Positions 1-13,155 of a stretch of DNA of 64,000 nucleotides are shown here, one piece after another. The stretch lies in contig JALMLS010000215.1 in NCBI GenBank assembly GCA_038496445.1, forward strand, positions 253,670 through 317,669. The letters are read 5' to 3'. The translations under genes were made by a program, and so were the position numbers. The DNA is from Trichosphaerium sp. ATCC 40318 (lineage: Eukaryota; Protista; Tubulinea). Positions within the stretch are counted from its first letter, which is position 1, and each line of letters starts with the position of its first letter. The notes beneath the pieces are model-generated. The model was not told the origin of the DNA. It saw nothing but the letters and a program-made list of their open reading frames with translations, and did no database searches.

Positions 1-2236
1 TGTATCACTACAAGATCCTGCACAGGTCAAGAACATAACTGAAGAGACATTGCGTATCATAAAAGAGCATGATCCTGATGCATGGTTATTTTGCGATACA
101 GGTGACACTATTCCTATTATATCCGCTATGCAGTCTGTTGATTATACACCACGTGCTTTTATATCTCAGAACAAGAACTTTCGTGCTTTTGACTTTGAAA
201 CAATTGTTACTCAGGCACGTGATGAGAGAAAAGTCACGTGATTATTGTGAGAGCTAATTTTTGGTTTTAGTTCGACAATGAAACAAATTTCCCTGAGACT
301 GATAACTTTGGAAATATAACGTTTCTAGCTGCTGATTTTAAAGAAAAAACGGGGTTTGAGTTAACTGAAGTATTATTCAGTACTCTATTACCTGGATTAA
401 TGATCAAAGAAGGTCTTGAACTGTTGGATGAAAAAAACCAAGTGTTTGATGTAAGATCTGATCTTTTTTCATTTTTTTTTGTTTGCTCTACTATAACCCT
501 GCTGTGAACTTGTTAGCTTACCAATGCCAATAGATAGATGTTGGTGGAAGGTTAATACTCAAGGGTTTTACCGGATTCTGTTCGGCAAACGTGCGCAACG
601 CTTCGTTTTAGCAAGCAACAACTTTTCTTTGTTGTTTGATTTTTAATTTTGTTCATTGTTGTTCAGCCTAACCTCTAATTTTTTTTTAGAATGCTACCCA
701 TAGCACCTTCACATACATGCAGCAAGAATTTGCTAGAGCTCTTGTACAGAACAATATAGAAACAGTTGTTGGTACTATTGCTTGGGACACAAAAAACAGA
801 CAAAGAAGACACAGTTTTATGGCACAAATGCGTTCTGGTGATAGATTCAATATAGCTCCGCTTTCTGTTTCGGAACGGAACTATATTTATCCAATGCCAA
901 CCTGGGAAGAACGGATATTTGACCCTCAATTTGGTGCGAGAACAAACATATTTTCTGACTTTTTTTTTTTATTTTTACTAACAAACTGGTTCTCAGGACA
1001 TTGGACTGAAGTCACTGCATGTATTCTTGCTATACTTGTAATCAGCAGTATTGCGTTTTGGGCAGTCATATTATTCCTTGGACAATATAGATTCTTATCC
1101 AGTGAGACTCATCGTATATTCAAGGTAAGCGAAAAAGAAGAGTCCACAAAGAAAACTAATTGTTTGTTTTTTTTCACAAAGGCTGGGTCGCCTCTATTTA
1201 TGTGGATCATTCTTCTTGGTGGCGTTGTTTTATGCTCTTCTGTTTTCTTTTCTCTTCCAAATGAAATTCATAGATACACGTGCATCATAAGAGTGTGGTT
1301 GCTCGATCTTGGATTTGTTCTTTTATTTGGGTACGAAACACAATTACAAAATTTGAGTTCACGTTTCTCCGTTGCTAACCACTTCTTTTAGCCCTTTTTT
1401 CGCAAAGGTATGACAAACAATAGGAAGGTATGATTGTGGCTAACGTTAAAATTCTAGACCTATCGTATAGAGAGGCTGTGGACGACTCAAACTACTTCTA
1501 TTTTTAAAATATCTAATCTTGTTGTGCTCGCCTGGGTTCTCGCTTTGGTTGCCTTTCACGTTGTTATCTTGATTGTAATGGTAACCCCTTATAAACCCCT
1601 TATATTATTAATAGAGATGTAGACTGTTCTAGGAGATATCGAGCGTACCACTGAAGTGGTAGACGAAATCCGAGTCATTAACAATTATTACAAATGCACA
1701 AACAATGTCTTTTTTGATGTTGCCACTTATTGTCTTGTTATTCTCAATGTAAGTACCTCACAATTCTTGATTCTATATCCATGTACTAACTGATTATTTT
1801 AAAAGGGTATCTTACTTTTATTCGGAGCTTTTCTGGCATTCCGTATTCGTCGTATTCCGTTGAACATTTACAATGAGTCAAAGATTATCTTTTTCTCAGT
1901 TTATAATGTAATCTTCTTCGCAATCATCGTCTTGGTTCTTAGCACGCCTATAAGGATAGACAGATTCACCCAATTCTTCCTTACATCACTATTTACGATG
2001 CTAGGCGCAGGTACATATCCTTGTTCGGGATGAGTACGACACAGAGTCTAAATGGTTTTTTTTTAGGATTAACTCTTAATGCGCTTTTTGGATACAAGTT
2101 CTTGGCGAAACCATTGAAAAACCAACCGACAAGTACCGGTAGTGCAAATTCTACTACATCTCATCCTAGTCCTACAATGGCTAATAGTGGAACTTTGGTT
2201 AACAGTGGAACAGCAAGTCAAATGGAAGACGCTTAA
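1..2236 (+). CDS. Class C (GABA-B/Grl-like) GPCR, 5'-partial, multi-exon
   Basis: Spliced 7TM motifs: SPLFMWIILLG, CIIRVWLLDLGFVLLFG|PFFAK|TYRIERLW, NIYNESKIIFFSVYNV (class C TM6 pattern). Extracellular region upstream; Ser/Thr-rich tail ending at TAA 2236. Confidence 0.85.
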
Positions 2237-2506
2237 AAACGAAATGTATCCACAAAACCTACTTGTATTTTTGATGAAAAAAAAAAAATAAAATTTCAAT
2301 TTGTTGTTAACCTGGCTCTTCTCAATTATCAGCAACTCAATTCTTTTAGAACCCTTAATGACGTGAAAACGTTAAGTAATTTTTTTTTAACTTTCCAAAC
2401 CACGTGGGGTCATATTCGCGCTTTCTTTTTTGGTATTTTTTTTTTTTGTGAGTTTGACTGTCAAACCTTTCGTGTTGCTGATTTCCGTTTCTGACAACTC
2501 ACAGCC

Positions 2507-3455
2507 ATGCCAAAGCTATGGTCCTTCTGGACTGTGTTGTTTGCTATATCTATTGGCTATGTATTGATAGATGACGGCGACCTAGAGGATAAACTATTCC
2601 TATGCTTGCTATTCACCTTTTGTTACTTTCTATGCTCTTTTAGATGTTGTATAACGTGTGCAGTCAGTTTAATAGTTGTTCCTTTGGCGGTTCTCTTCAT
2701 GTTCAATTATTGTACGTTAAACCACCTATTTACGCGCTTAGAACGTTGCTGCGATCGCGTTAGCGCGCCACGTCATTTTTAAGCAGAAAGCGGTAAAAAC
2801 GCCTTCTCGACCCTCAGACTTACTTAAAACTAAGCCCCAGAGTATTATAAAGTGTTTTAATATCCTTTTTATTTAACGTCAAATTCAAAAAAAAAACGAG
2901 TAGAGCTCTGATTTGTTCTTTTTTAGTGATAGATATCGAAGAAAATGGAGAGTTTAAATTGAGATTTGGTGATTTTGAGTTTAACAATGACAACTTCGAA
3001 AAATACTTTACAAGAGGAAGATTCGATGAAACATGCTATTCTGAGCTAGGTATTACACCAGATACACCGTTTCCAATCACAAAACGAGCGTACGTCTTCA
3101 CCTGTCAGTTGAATTTGACCTTCAATTCAAACCATTTCAATGAAAACCAATTTTTTTACAAAACTAATCGAATCACGTCACCACACTAACTAACATTCTA
3201 ATAACTTTTGTGACATGGAAACGTTAAATTTTTTTACGTATAAACAAAAGTAAAATTGATACATAGTATTTAAAAACCCTGTAATTTTCTGAACTTGTCA
3301 AAAAAAATCTGGCAGATTTTGACACTTTTTGATGTTTTTTTAGGTACAAAAAACTGGCTTTAATTTTTCATCCTGATAAAGAGACTGGGTCTGTTGATAA
3401 ATTTCAACGATTAAGTAAATGCTATCAAATGGTAAAAGAGCGACATGGTGAATAG
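2507..3455 (+). CDS. Membrane-anchored J-domain (DnaJ) protein
   Basis: Hydrophobic N-terminus; spliced C-terminus CYSELGITPDTPFPITKRA|YKKLALIFHPDKETGSVDKFQRLSKCYQMVK with the HPD motif; TAG ends at 3455. Confidence 0.8.
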
Positions 3456-3545
3456 TTTTTTTATGGCTTTACAAACCATGTGTCTTGTGTAAAAAAATAA
3501 CAATAAAAAACTTAGACTAAGTTTTATTTTTTTTTTTGTTTTTTT

Positions 3546-4410
3546 TCATGAAAAAAATTTGACACCAAGGCTATCAGCGTTGCTTCCTTGAAATATTTTT
3601 GCCTTACCCTCATTTTCAAGTACTCTTATAGCCTTCATAAATACACGTTCATCTAATTCATAAAAGTCTATTGGTAGGACACGTCAGTGAGTCAAAAAAC
3701 AAAAAAAAATGTAGAAAAAAAAAAAAAGTGGGACATTTTTTGCGTTTCAATTGGTGGGTGTCATACCTTGCTTCTCTACATTTTCTCCTTCTCTTAGTTC
3801 GTACACTGTACATATTGAATCTTGTAGTGCTTGGTCACATATCTAAATCAGTGTTAAGAGGAGAGGTGAGGAGCTATCAAAAGTCAAAGTCAAATTTGAG
3901 TTTATTTTGTTGAGTTTGTTTTACGTATTTGTAGATTATTGAAGCCCACTCTCCTATTGCTCGCCAGTAAATTAAGATGCGTTCTTTACTTTTATCAACC
4001 CATTCGGCGTTTCCACGCGAAACGAGAGCGTCTAGAAAAAATTGAACTGCCTCTGGAGAAAGTCGCCCTGAAAGTTTAGGATTGGTTACAAATAGCGCTT
4101 TACAATACCGTAGGCGTACGTTTTATTTGTTGGTTGTTGAATAACTCGCTAGCCATGGCGTCCTAGCGTGATATGGCTTAAAAATGGGTAACATTAATAC
4201 CACGTACTCGTATACGCAGCTCTACGAGTTTTTTGTGTCTGCAGTAATCCAAAATCAACGAACACCATACTTCGCATTGCTTCGCTCTTGTGTCAAGCAC
4301 TGGCTGTAATCTAGGCTTATTTTAACGGATTTTTTAAATCTGAACCGTCAATCCACCTACGTGAAGAATGGAGGCATGGAATACATGCTAGGAAATGTAA
4401 AAGACGCCAT
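3546..4410 (-). CDS. VPS25: ESCRT-II subunit VPS25 (missed by the ORF track)
   Basis: Manual translation: MASFTFPSMYSMPPFFT, GNAEWVDKSKERILIYWRAIGEWASIIYKY, DFYELDERVFMKAIRVLENEGKAKIFQGSNADSLGVKFFS*; matches the VPS25 PPFFT start and GVKFF end. Confidence 0.93.
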
Positions 4411-4565
4411 GGCGAGCCTTGTAGGCGTTTTCTTTGTCTATTTTTTTTGTATATAAGTCAAGCGCGTAAACACGTCGAAATTTCGTGATTATTGGCATTT
4501 TTTTCGTTGTACTGCAGCACATGAACCATATTATCGCATAATTGGAACTATATTAAACATTCAAA

Positions 4566-7191
4566 ATGTCCACAGCAGTAGAAGAGCAAAAACAAAAACC
4601 TTTACCAAAGATCCGGTTAAAAAGTACGATATTGGATTTGTCCGTTTAATTAGTATTGTATCATTACGTTATTAGTAATAATATAACTGATTTCTTGTAG
4701 TACCAAAATCACTGTTACAAAAGACTAAACAGCAACAAACATTGGCTAGAAAGTCAAAGAATCAATACGGAGACGCTAATGGAGGTTTTTCAGATCCTAA
4801 CAGGCGCTATAATAAAAATACACGACAAAAGCGAAGAGCACACTCATATATTACAGATGAGCCTATACCAAAGAGAGTACGTTGTAATAGTAACATTTTC
4901 ATAACTTTATTATTCTTACATTAATGCTGTTTCTCTAACTACTCAATTAGCCACGTACATATAATGGATCAAACGGTAGTGCGGTTTAAACCAATTTATC
5001 ATCTCATTAACTTTTTTTATTTCAAAAAAACCAAAAACTTTGTTATGCGTTTACGCGCGTAGTCACTTTATTTACGTTGACTTTCATGTATTTCCACGTT
5101 TTTCCTCACGGTTTTTTTTTAATTGTAATTTTTTTTTTGATTTGTGATTATCTTTCCAAATCAGTGTAGGGCACGTGTCCGATAAGTTTATTTTTTTTCA
5201 CTTTTATTGAAAATATGTTCAACACTGAACAGTTATGGAATAGGTTACTTTACAGCAGAAGATGATCAGTTACTTCGAGAAATGGTCGGACTTTTCTTCA
5301 ATTTGACAAAAGTTCACAAAACAGTCAAATTTTCACGTCCTTTCACATTGACACAATTGAAAAATCGTTGGCGTGATATGCTTTACAGTGAAGAATTTGA
5401 TAGGTACAAGAAAAAGAACACAAGAAGACCTCACTTAACAAAAAAACCAATTTAGTGAACGTGAAGCAATGGGTCGTCTACAGACACTCAAAAAAAGAGT
5501 ACAATGGTCTAAAATTGAGGATGACGTACTAAAATCTGAAGTAAGCGTATAGATACAACTTCACATAGTCCTGGGTTATGATTTGCTTATAAAGTCTATT
5601 TTTTTTAAGGTTGGTAAGAGTGGACCATCTGTTAATAACTTTCAACAAGTTCTTGAGAAACATCGTCTTATATTTCATCCAACACGAACTGCAAAGAGTC
5701 TTGAGGCTCATTACTACAGATTAAAACGCTCAGGAAGTCTCAATTCATCCCACAATGTGCGTCTAAGACAGATTTCAATCTTGTCTTGTTATGGCTTTCT
5801 AATTGTTTGTTCAGAGTTCTGTTCCTGAGTTGCACCCACCGTCTCATTTATATATATCCAGACTTCCTCATTACAGTATCCCTAAAGGAATACTTGAATA
5901 CGCCCAGAAAACTACACCTACAGATACAAAAGAGTCCATCAAAGCTGAAGTGAAAAGTGATAACAATCAAAACGGTAATGAACTTTCTTCTTCTTTTTTC
6001 AATAATGTTTTAATTACTTTCAAGGTCACACTGTTACTGAGCTTTATCCTCCTTGTTCTCTGTATAATATAGAAAAAACATTAATAGATAGCTTTAAAAA
6101 TAAGTAAGTCGGTCACGACGTTCACAAATACTGACAACTTTTCAGCATTCCAAAAAGCACTAAAACAACAGCTGTACTGCTAAAAAGTAAGTACTTCCTC
6201 TTTTCTTGGATTTCAAATAACTCGTCTTTGTAGCATACAAAGATCGTTCAGATACTCTTGCTTCTCGTACTTATCATGCTGAGCGATGTTTACAACGTAC
6301 AAATGACTTACTGAGACCAGACAATGTCCTTGCAACGCTTCGGTAATGACTGCTTTTTTATCCCATTTTTTTTCCCATTTTTTTCTTGTTTCGAAAAGTT
6401 TGGACCTAAAACAGTTTTATAGTGGTATTGATATTTATGCGGATATGAAAACTAGAAGTATAATTATAGGTAGAAGATCTGAAAATAATCAAGTTGATGT
6501 TGACCTTCCTCATGAATCAGTATCAGACAGACAGGTTTTTACTTCTTTTTTTTTGAAATCGAAAAAAATTTACGTTTTGTTAGATGATGATAACCATTAT
6601 TGATCAGCAAGCTGATCTAATATTTGTTATTAAAAATATTGGCTTATCTATAATATGGATTAATGGTCGGCCCGTAAAGCCTGATACATGGCATAGGTTA
6701 CATCATATGAGCTTGGTGGAGGTACAAACTTACGAACTTGATTTTCTTTTTTTTTTTTTGCAAGTTGTAGTATTTGACCTTCACAATGCGTTTGTTATTA
6801 TTTTATTCGTCTTTGTACATATGACATATATTTACATATATCTCTTTTAAAACATCGACACAACATAAAGTTGACCCATTTGTTAACAAGCCTACAATGT
6901 GTTCAGCATTTTTTTGTGACTTTTTTTTTCTTTCATTTTTGGACGCAAATGTCCTTCTTCTTTGAACTGACATTTTATTTTTTTTTAAAGATTGGACCTT
7001 ATGGACTTATATTTGATATACATACAACAATATTTGATGATCTTCGAATGCAATACAAAAAGAAACTGGTGTCAACAACATCACTGTCAAAACCAATCAT
7101 GATTTCCTCATCACCATCTTCTGCTATACCTGTAGCAAGAAGAGTAACAGGAGCAAAAGAAACAGCTTTGCGGAATACTATGCATTCTTGA
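4566..7191 (+). CDS. MCRS1: Microspherule protein 1-like (MCRS_N + FHA)
   Basis: FTAEDDQLL..VHKTVKFSRPFTLTQLKNRWRDMLY and FHPTRTAKSLEAHY (MCRS_N); IIIGRRSENNQVDVDL..IWINGRPV (FHA). Confidence 0.85.
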
Positions 7192-7681
7192 ATGTATTTT
7201 TTTTTAGTGTGAACGCATATACCTACCTGTATGTTAATAAAAACTGTCTTTCTACATTTACATCTGTTCAATTTTGGTAAGGCATTGCATCACATAAATA
7301 CACCTGTTAACTCGTTGAGATCGATGTGCTATCGCAGCGACATGTCTAAAGTTCGTTCGCTTGATACACGATAATATTGGCTAGAACAAGATCTACGCTA
7401 ACAAAGACAACATAACAATGCTCTCTGAAAGCAAAGGCACACAACGCAATACACTTGTAGTCGTTGCATGTCCTTGTTGTAAAGTAAACCCGGAAACCAT
7501 GTAATTGAACTCGAGTTAATGAACGATTTATTGAACAGCTAATAAGATCAAAGATGGAGTGCTACGGCAAAGAAAAAAGTGGTTTTCCCTTTAATACAAA
7601 TAAAATTGAAAGTGTTTTCTTTAGTTCAACTTCAAAGAGCTATATAATTTTACTTTATTGATGAGATGTTACTTGCTAGTA

Positions 7682-10600
7682 TTAAAATTCTATGGTTGAT
7701 CCAGGATCGACATTATAGACTTTCCAAAGATCTACACTGTTATTTGGTCTAGATGGGACACACTTTCCGCAGCACGGTTTGTCGAGTACACAAAAGCAGT
7801 CTACCCATTTGGTTCCTCTTGTAAAAACAGTATCTAAGCACTCTGGGTCACGTGTAGCTGCTGCAGCACAATCACCAGGGAAATGACGTTTGTTCCAGCG
7901 CTCATATCTACCAGGCATTCTAAGTAGCTTCGAACAACCATTGGTGCCGCATGTTGAATCTGGGAATTTACACGTCTTCGATGGTATTTCATTGATTAGT
8001 TTTGGAGGGTTGAAAGGAGGAGTGGTTGTTGGCTTAAGAGAGCAATCTTTACAGTCATTTGTCAATGGCCATTGAGGAATACGTGTCACGTTTTTGTTTA
8101 GGTTTACTGCGTTGCATGAAATACATTGTTTGCCATGACGCCAAGGAATATCCTGATGAGGTACTTCTGGTTCGAATCCTGGGAAGTTTCGTGTTTCAGC
8201 TTTGATGTAGCAAGTTGATGCGTAAGCTGGATCGCCTGGTAGAACAACTTCATATCTGTCTATTGTTTCGGTAGGCGTTCTAGCTCTGACGGTGTAGCAC
8301 ATGTCAACTTCAGTAAGAGGTTCTTTGAAATCTCTTCTGTTGATTACTTGTTTGCACCAATCAGGGATAAGTTTAGCTTGATTCGTGAACTCATTGTTGA
8401 CTTCTCTCTTCATTACTACGAATCCGTCACAGACACTCCCTGAACAATTATGCTCGCAATAACCAAGTCCGTGAAAAACAGTTCCACATCCTAAATATTA
8501 TGAGGAATTGTACATACAATAAAGAAACCAATAGTAAATGCAATAAAACTTAAAAAAAAAAAGGTACCTAAAATGTTACGAGGGTTTGGAAAATAGCAAT
8601 GATCGATCCGACTAAGAAAGGTGTAAGTAAGTGTGGTACTAGAAAAAACGAAAAAAAAAAAAAAAGTAAGAGAAAGTTACGTACAAAAAGTTGCTTGTAC
8701 CAGTTGGTAGCCCATAAATATGTTCGACTGGATTTTGAACCAAGTGTACATCAATACAATCTCTGTACCCACGCCATAACCATTGAATTACATATCCACC
8801 TGGTCCAGCTTTACCAGGCATCTTGATCTTGGCCATATCAACATCAAACGGTCTGTGTGAAAAATGTGGGAACTTGAAAATGGCTTCTATCCAAGGCATC
8901 GAAGGGTTGGTGTATTCAACAAAAGCGTCTTGAATCAAGTTGCTCTTGTACTTGAAAAGCTTTGCTTCAGGACCCCATAATCCGAAGGCTTCTGGTCTAG
9001 GAATAAAGTTCGGAGAGTTTTCTGGAATGGCAGGTTCATAGTAATCAAGAGTGTAGTCAGGATTGTCCGCCGCACGTTTTTGTGTTCTTCTGTGGTATAC
9101 TGGCACTGTCTTTTTGGCATTGTTTGGGGCTTCTCTAATATATTTGTCCATCAAGTCGAATGTTATTTCCTTTAGTCTAGGTTCATCACTTTCATGAACA
9201 AAGACATAATAAGAGTCCTGTGTATGTCCTGTAGACCATTCAAGCTCAAACTCTTGATTCAAACCGACTTGAACTTGAGGAGCTGCATACAAACGAGGAG
9301 GGCAAGGTGTATCTGTGCTAGCCACGTTTACTGCTCTACTTCTACCGGTCATCCAGTTATGTGCTAGAGTGCCAGTTGGCATGAGAATGAGCGCCAATAG
9401 TGATAGCACCAACATCATTGAGGTAGTTGTTTTTGAAGCCTTTCCAAGAGAAAAAATACCAAATAGTATCAGCATCGTTGAAGCACTTGACTTGGACGCA
9501 GGAGATGCAGCAGCTCTAGCACCGATTTGAGTTTGACCAGGTTTTGCAGGAGGGAGGGTATTGCGAAGACATTTACACATTCTGCGACTATAACTTGTAT
9601 TAGCGAAAAACGCTACAACAAAACACAAAAAAGAATCGCTCACAAAAAAAAAAAAAAGGTACCTACCCTTGTTTAGATCCAGCTTTGGCATCACATGTTA
9701 CCGGTTTTGGCACTCCTGTGCATCTTGTATCATCGTAGAAGCAGAAGTTGTCTATACCAGTAGTAGCACCCGTTGCTTGACAGTTACTCAAGTACGGTGG
9801 GAAACAAATAAAATTTCCTTCGCTTTCTACAAGGTCTTTGATTCTGTCTGGGCTGTTAACTCTTTCAATGTGCACTTTATCACATTTTAAATTCTCTCGG
9901 TTGCAGCGCTCAGTACACGACTCTCCTCGCTTTAAAAAAACAATTAGATATGAAGGTAAAGTTTTGTTTCGTTGAACACGTGATGATAAATTTAACGTAC
10001 AAGTGTTCTAAACCACGTCTGTCTAGGCTTAGCTGATTTGGACTCAGTGAGTTTCAAAGGACCTTTGGCACCGTTTGGCCACCAAAAAGCGCCTTCATTT
10101 GCATCACCTTGTTTGATCAAAGCGTGGAATGTGACAGTACCAGTCCCTTTTGGAGGTGCACGCCATTTGAAAGTTGCAGAAATGGGTTTCAATTTACCAC
10201 CATAATGCATTAAACTTTGACGACATTCATGAGTATCCGGGTAAGGTAGTTGGAACAGCGCTGTACAAAAAGTTAGCAAGTATCTACCTTTCGAAACAAA
10301 ATTATCAAAAAAACAGAAAAACAAAGCGCACGTGTTACTTCATTTGGTAGAATCCATTCACCAACACGATCTCCATTTGGTCCTTGAGCATACATGAGTA
10401 ATCCTCTGTACTTGAAATCGTAGTTGGTGATGTCGAGCGATATGTCTATAATCATCTCAGGGACATATGTTGTTTGCTTGTTGTCCTTAGAACCAGCGTA
10501 TGTTATATATCTGTTGGATCTTGTAACTTGTGAAGCCCAATGCATGTAAGGTACAGGGTCAGCGTTGCAAATGAGTCTGTCAACAAATTGGTTAAATTTT

Positions 10601-10734
10601 CCAAATACTCTCCAATCTTGTGGGCGGCAACCCCAGTGCTTTGCAGAAGCGTCACAGTTCGGTACAGCTGAAGTTGGTCTTGATGAAGCATGAACAAGCG
10701 CTAAAAGCGCTAGAGCTATAACGGCACAGCGCAT
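7682..10734 (-). CDS. Large secreted multidomain protein: signal peptide, Reeler-like, Cys-rich, double hydrophobic linker, His-brace LPMO-like domain, Cys-rich C-terminal region
   Basis: Phase-compatible exons 10734-10332, 10260-10001, 9929-9667, 9593-~8684, then two more to the stop at 7682. Reeler-like YRGLLMYA..VGEW..FKWRAPPKGTGTVTFHALI; LPMO-like TLA|HNWM..LEWSTGH..YVIQWLWRGYRDCIDV. Confidence 0.75.
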
Positions 10735-11529
10735 TTTATGTATTCTCTACAAAGCCGGTTAACAGCTAGTTACACTACACGTAGAAAATATAACAGTACC
10801 TGATTGTTTTTCAAGAAGAGGTGCTAGCGTTGTAAGAATAGTAGTTTATGGTTTTAGATTTTGTACATACAAAATGCGCACGATTTAAGCTAGCGTTCAT
10901 AAAAAAAACCTAGCGTTGTCATTTGTTTGGATAACGCACCGCACGTGTACAAACAGAAAAAAAAAATAAAGCGCAAACAAAAAAACCAACTTTGTCGGTT
11001 TAAATACTCAAATATCAGTCACCAACTGTATCACCTACTGTACAAACTAATAACAAATTGTCTATGCCTTTTCGTATTACTGCCATACGCGGATGTGATT
11101 TACCCTACCCGGTGTAACAGCGCTTTACAAGGGACAAGTTTCTACACGCCCCGTTGTCAACTTGGCATGCCTACACGGAGACACTATTCAGCGGTCCCTC
11201 GCACACAACTTGCTTTAATACGCCTCATTGATCGCTACAGTGATATTGGTATCACAAACAACAGCAATAATACGAATAAAGGTCCCACACCGTAAGAATT
11301 GGGATCACAATTGAAACAACATTGGAATATTTACTAGTATTCAAACTTTTCTCTTTGCTAGCTAACCTACTACTAAAAATTCGAAAACAATAATGTAGAC
11401 TCGTGACGTCCATCACTCTAGTACTGTATCACTAGACGAAAAAAGCTTCTCAAATAGAATGGTTTCGAAAATAAAAGACAAAGAACAATCTTCAAAATAC
11501 TAAATTCCATTTTCATCAATAGAAATATA

Positions 11530-12654
11530 TTACACGTATATTTGCCCTGGTAGCGCAAACTCCCAGGCACCATCTTTGTCTGTAGTCTTGAAAGAACCTT
11601 CATGTACTTTTCCGTCTTTACCAGTAAATATACAATGCGTTGAAGGCTCATCATTCTCCCAATGCGTTGTCAACTTTCCACCGTAAAATATAAGTGTACC
11701 TTTACCTTGTCGGAATCCCGTATCCCACTCACCATCATACACAACTTCACCTCTCTCATGACCACAATATTCTCCCTCAACTCTCTTTTCAGTACGGCCT
11801 GTGATAAAACTGTTGATAGGCCCAAAAAAACGCGATAAGGTGTCCCCCATGTTATCTAATACCGTTTTCCTTGAAGCAGTTGTTGGCAAGTGCTTGTAGT
11901 ATAACCCAGGAGGCCAAGTCATTACACCTTTTCCATGAGGTGCTAACTCGTCCATAGAACCTTTATACCGACGTCCACTGGGTGTGACCATCTCACCGTC
12001 AGATATACCAACACCAGTGTGATAGAATCCCTTATAAACTGTACCATCAGCCACAGTCAATACAGCATCACCACATGGCTTTCCAGATACCCAATTACCA
12101 GCATAACTACCTGAAAAGTATTTCCAAGCCGTGGTCGCGCCAGTAAAGACACCATATCCATGTGCCTTTCCATCTACCCACGTGCCTTTATGCGTATTTT
12201 GCTTGATCGTGAGCGTTCCTTCTCCATGAGGTACACCGTTTTTAGTCTCTCCTTTGTACACTTGACCAGTCGGATACTTGGTAGTACCAATGCCCACAGA
12301 TTTATCGTATGCCCACGTGCCATTGTGTGTAAATCCATTTGCTTCACGAAGTAAGCCTTTACCATGTTTTTTTCCATCTAAGAACTGTCCTTTGTACTCT
12401 GATCCATCTTCGTACTTTTTGGTGGCTACAGTAACCGTTTTTGCTGAAGATGGGGTACAAAACGTTCTCGAGCGCTAGAATATACACATTAGCTGTATAA
12501 TAGCGTATTTAGGCACTTTGAGGATAAAAAGGTTCAAAGGTTTTTTCTGGCATTCAAAATAACCTTATGCGTTTCTCATACGTACGTTTGTCGGTTTGAC
12601 AGTAGTACTAGGCGAATTGCTATAGTATACTCTTGTAGAGCTTAGAGCACGCAT
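11530..12654 (-). CDS. MORN-repeat protein with possible mitochondrial presequence
   Basis: Repeated YxGxxxxGxxHGxG units (YKGQFLDGKKHGKG, YKGETKNGVPHGEG, YDGEWDTGFRQGKG); inferred first exon MRALSSTRVYYSNSPSTTVKPTN|RSRTFC. Confidence 0.85.
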
Positions 12655-13155
12655 AGCGATGGCCAAATTATAATTACGAGTACGTTTGACGTTGTATGCA
12701 CAAAATAACAAGTCAAACAAAAACAGCTTTCACATTTTTTACAGCAAGTCAAGGAGTCAACATTGGTTGGCGTACGTTCAATCAATTTGGAAAGTACAAA
12801 CGTAACAGCCCAGGTATCAAGATGTTGGCGTCAAAGAAATTGATCAGTCAGAACCAGACGTGACTGACGAAGGCATCGACTAGTGTACGCAAATGTCAGG
12901 ATCACAGAGTTGGGTGGTGCACATTCAATCAATTTGAAAGTACACGACTGACAGACAAAAACATCAAGAACAATGTCGAAGCAATATCGTAACAAATTAT
13001 CAACTTTCCTGGGTGCCCATCTGAATTCAATTCCATACAACTCAAAGAGTGTGAACCTTTTTTTTTTGAGTACTTTATGTATATTACAACTTGGTTTGTT
13101 AGGGCTCTCTGGACATCATGATGCCACCAACGAATTTTTGATTCTGACACGTTTT

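Noticed and set aside
8165-8190. GGTTCGAATCC resembling a tRNA T-loop
   Set aside because: No T-stem or cloverleaf pairing, and it lies within a coding exon on the opposite strand.
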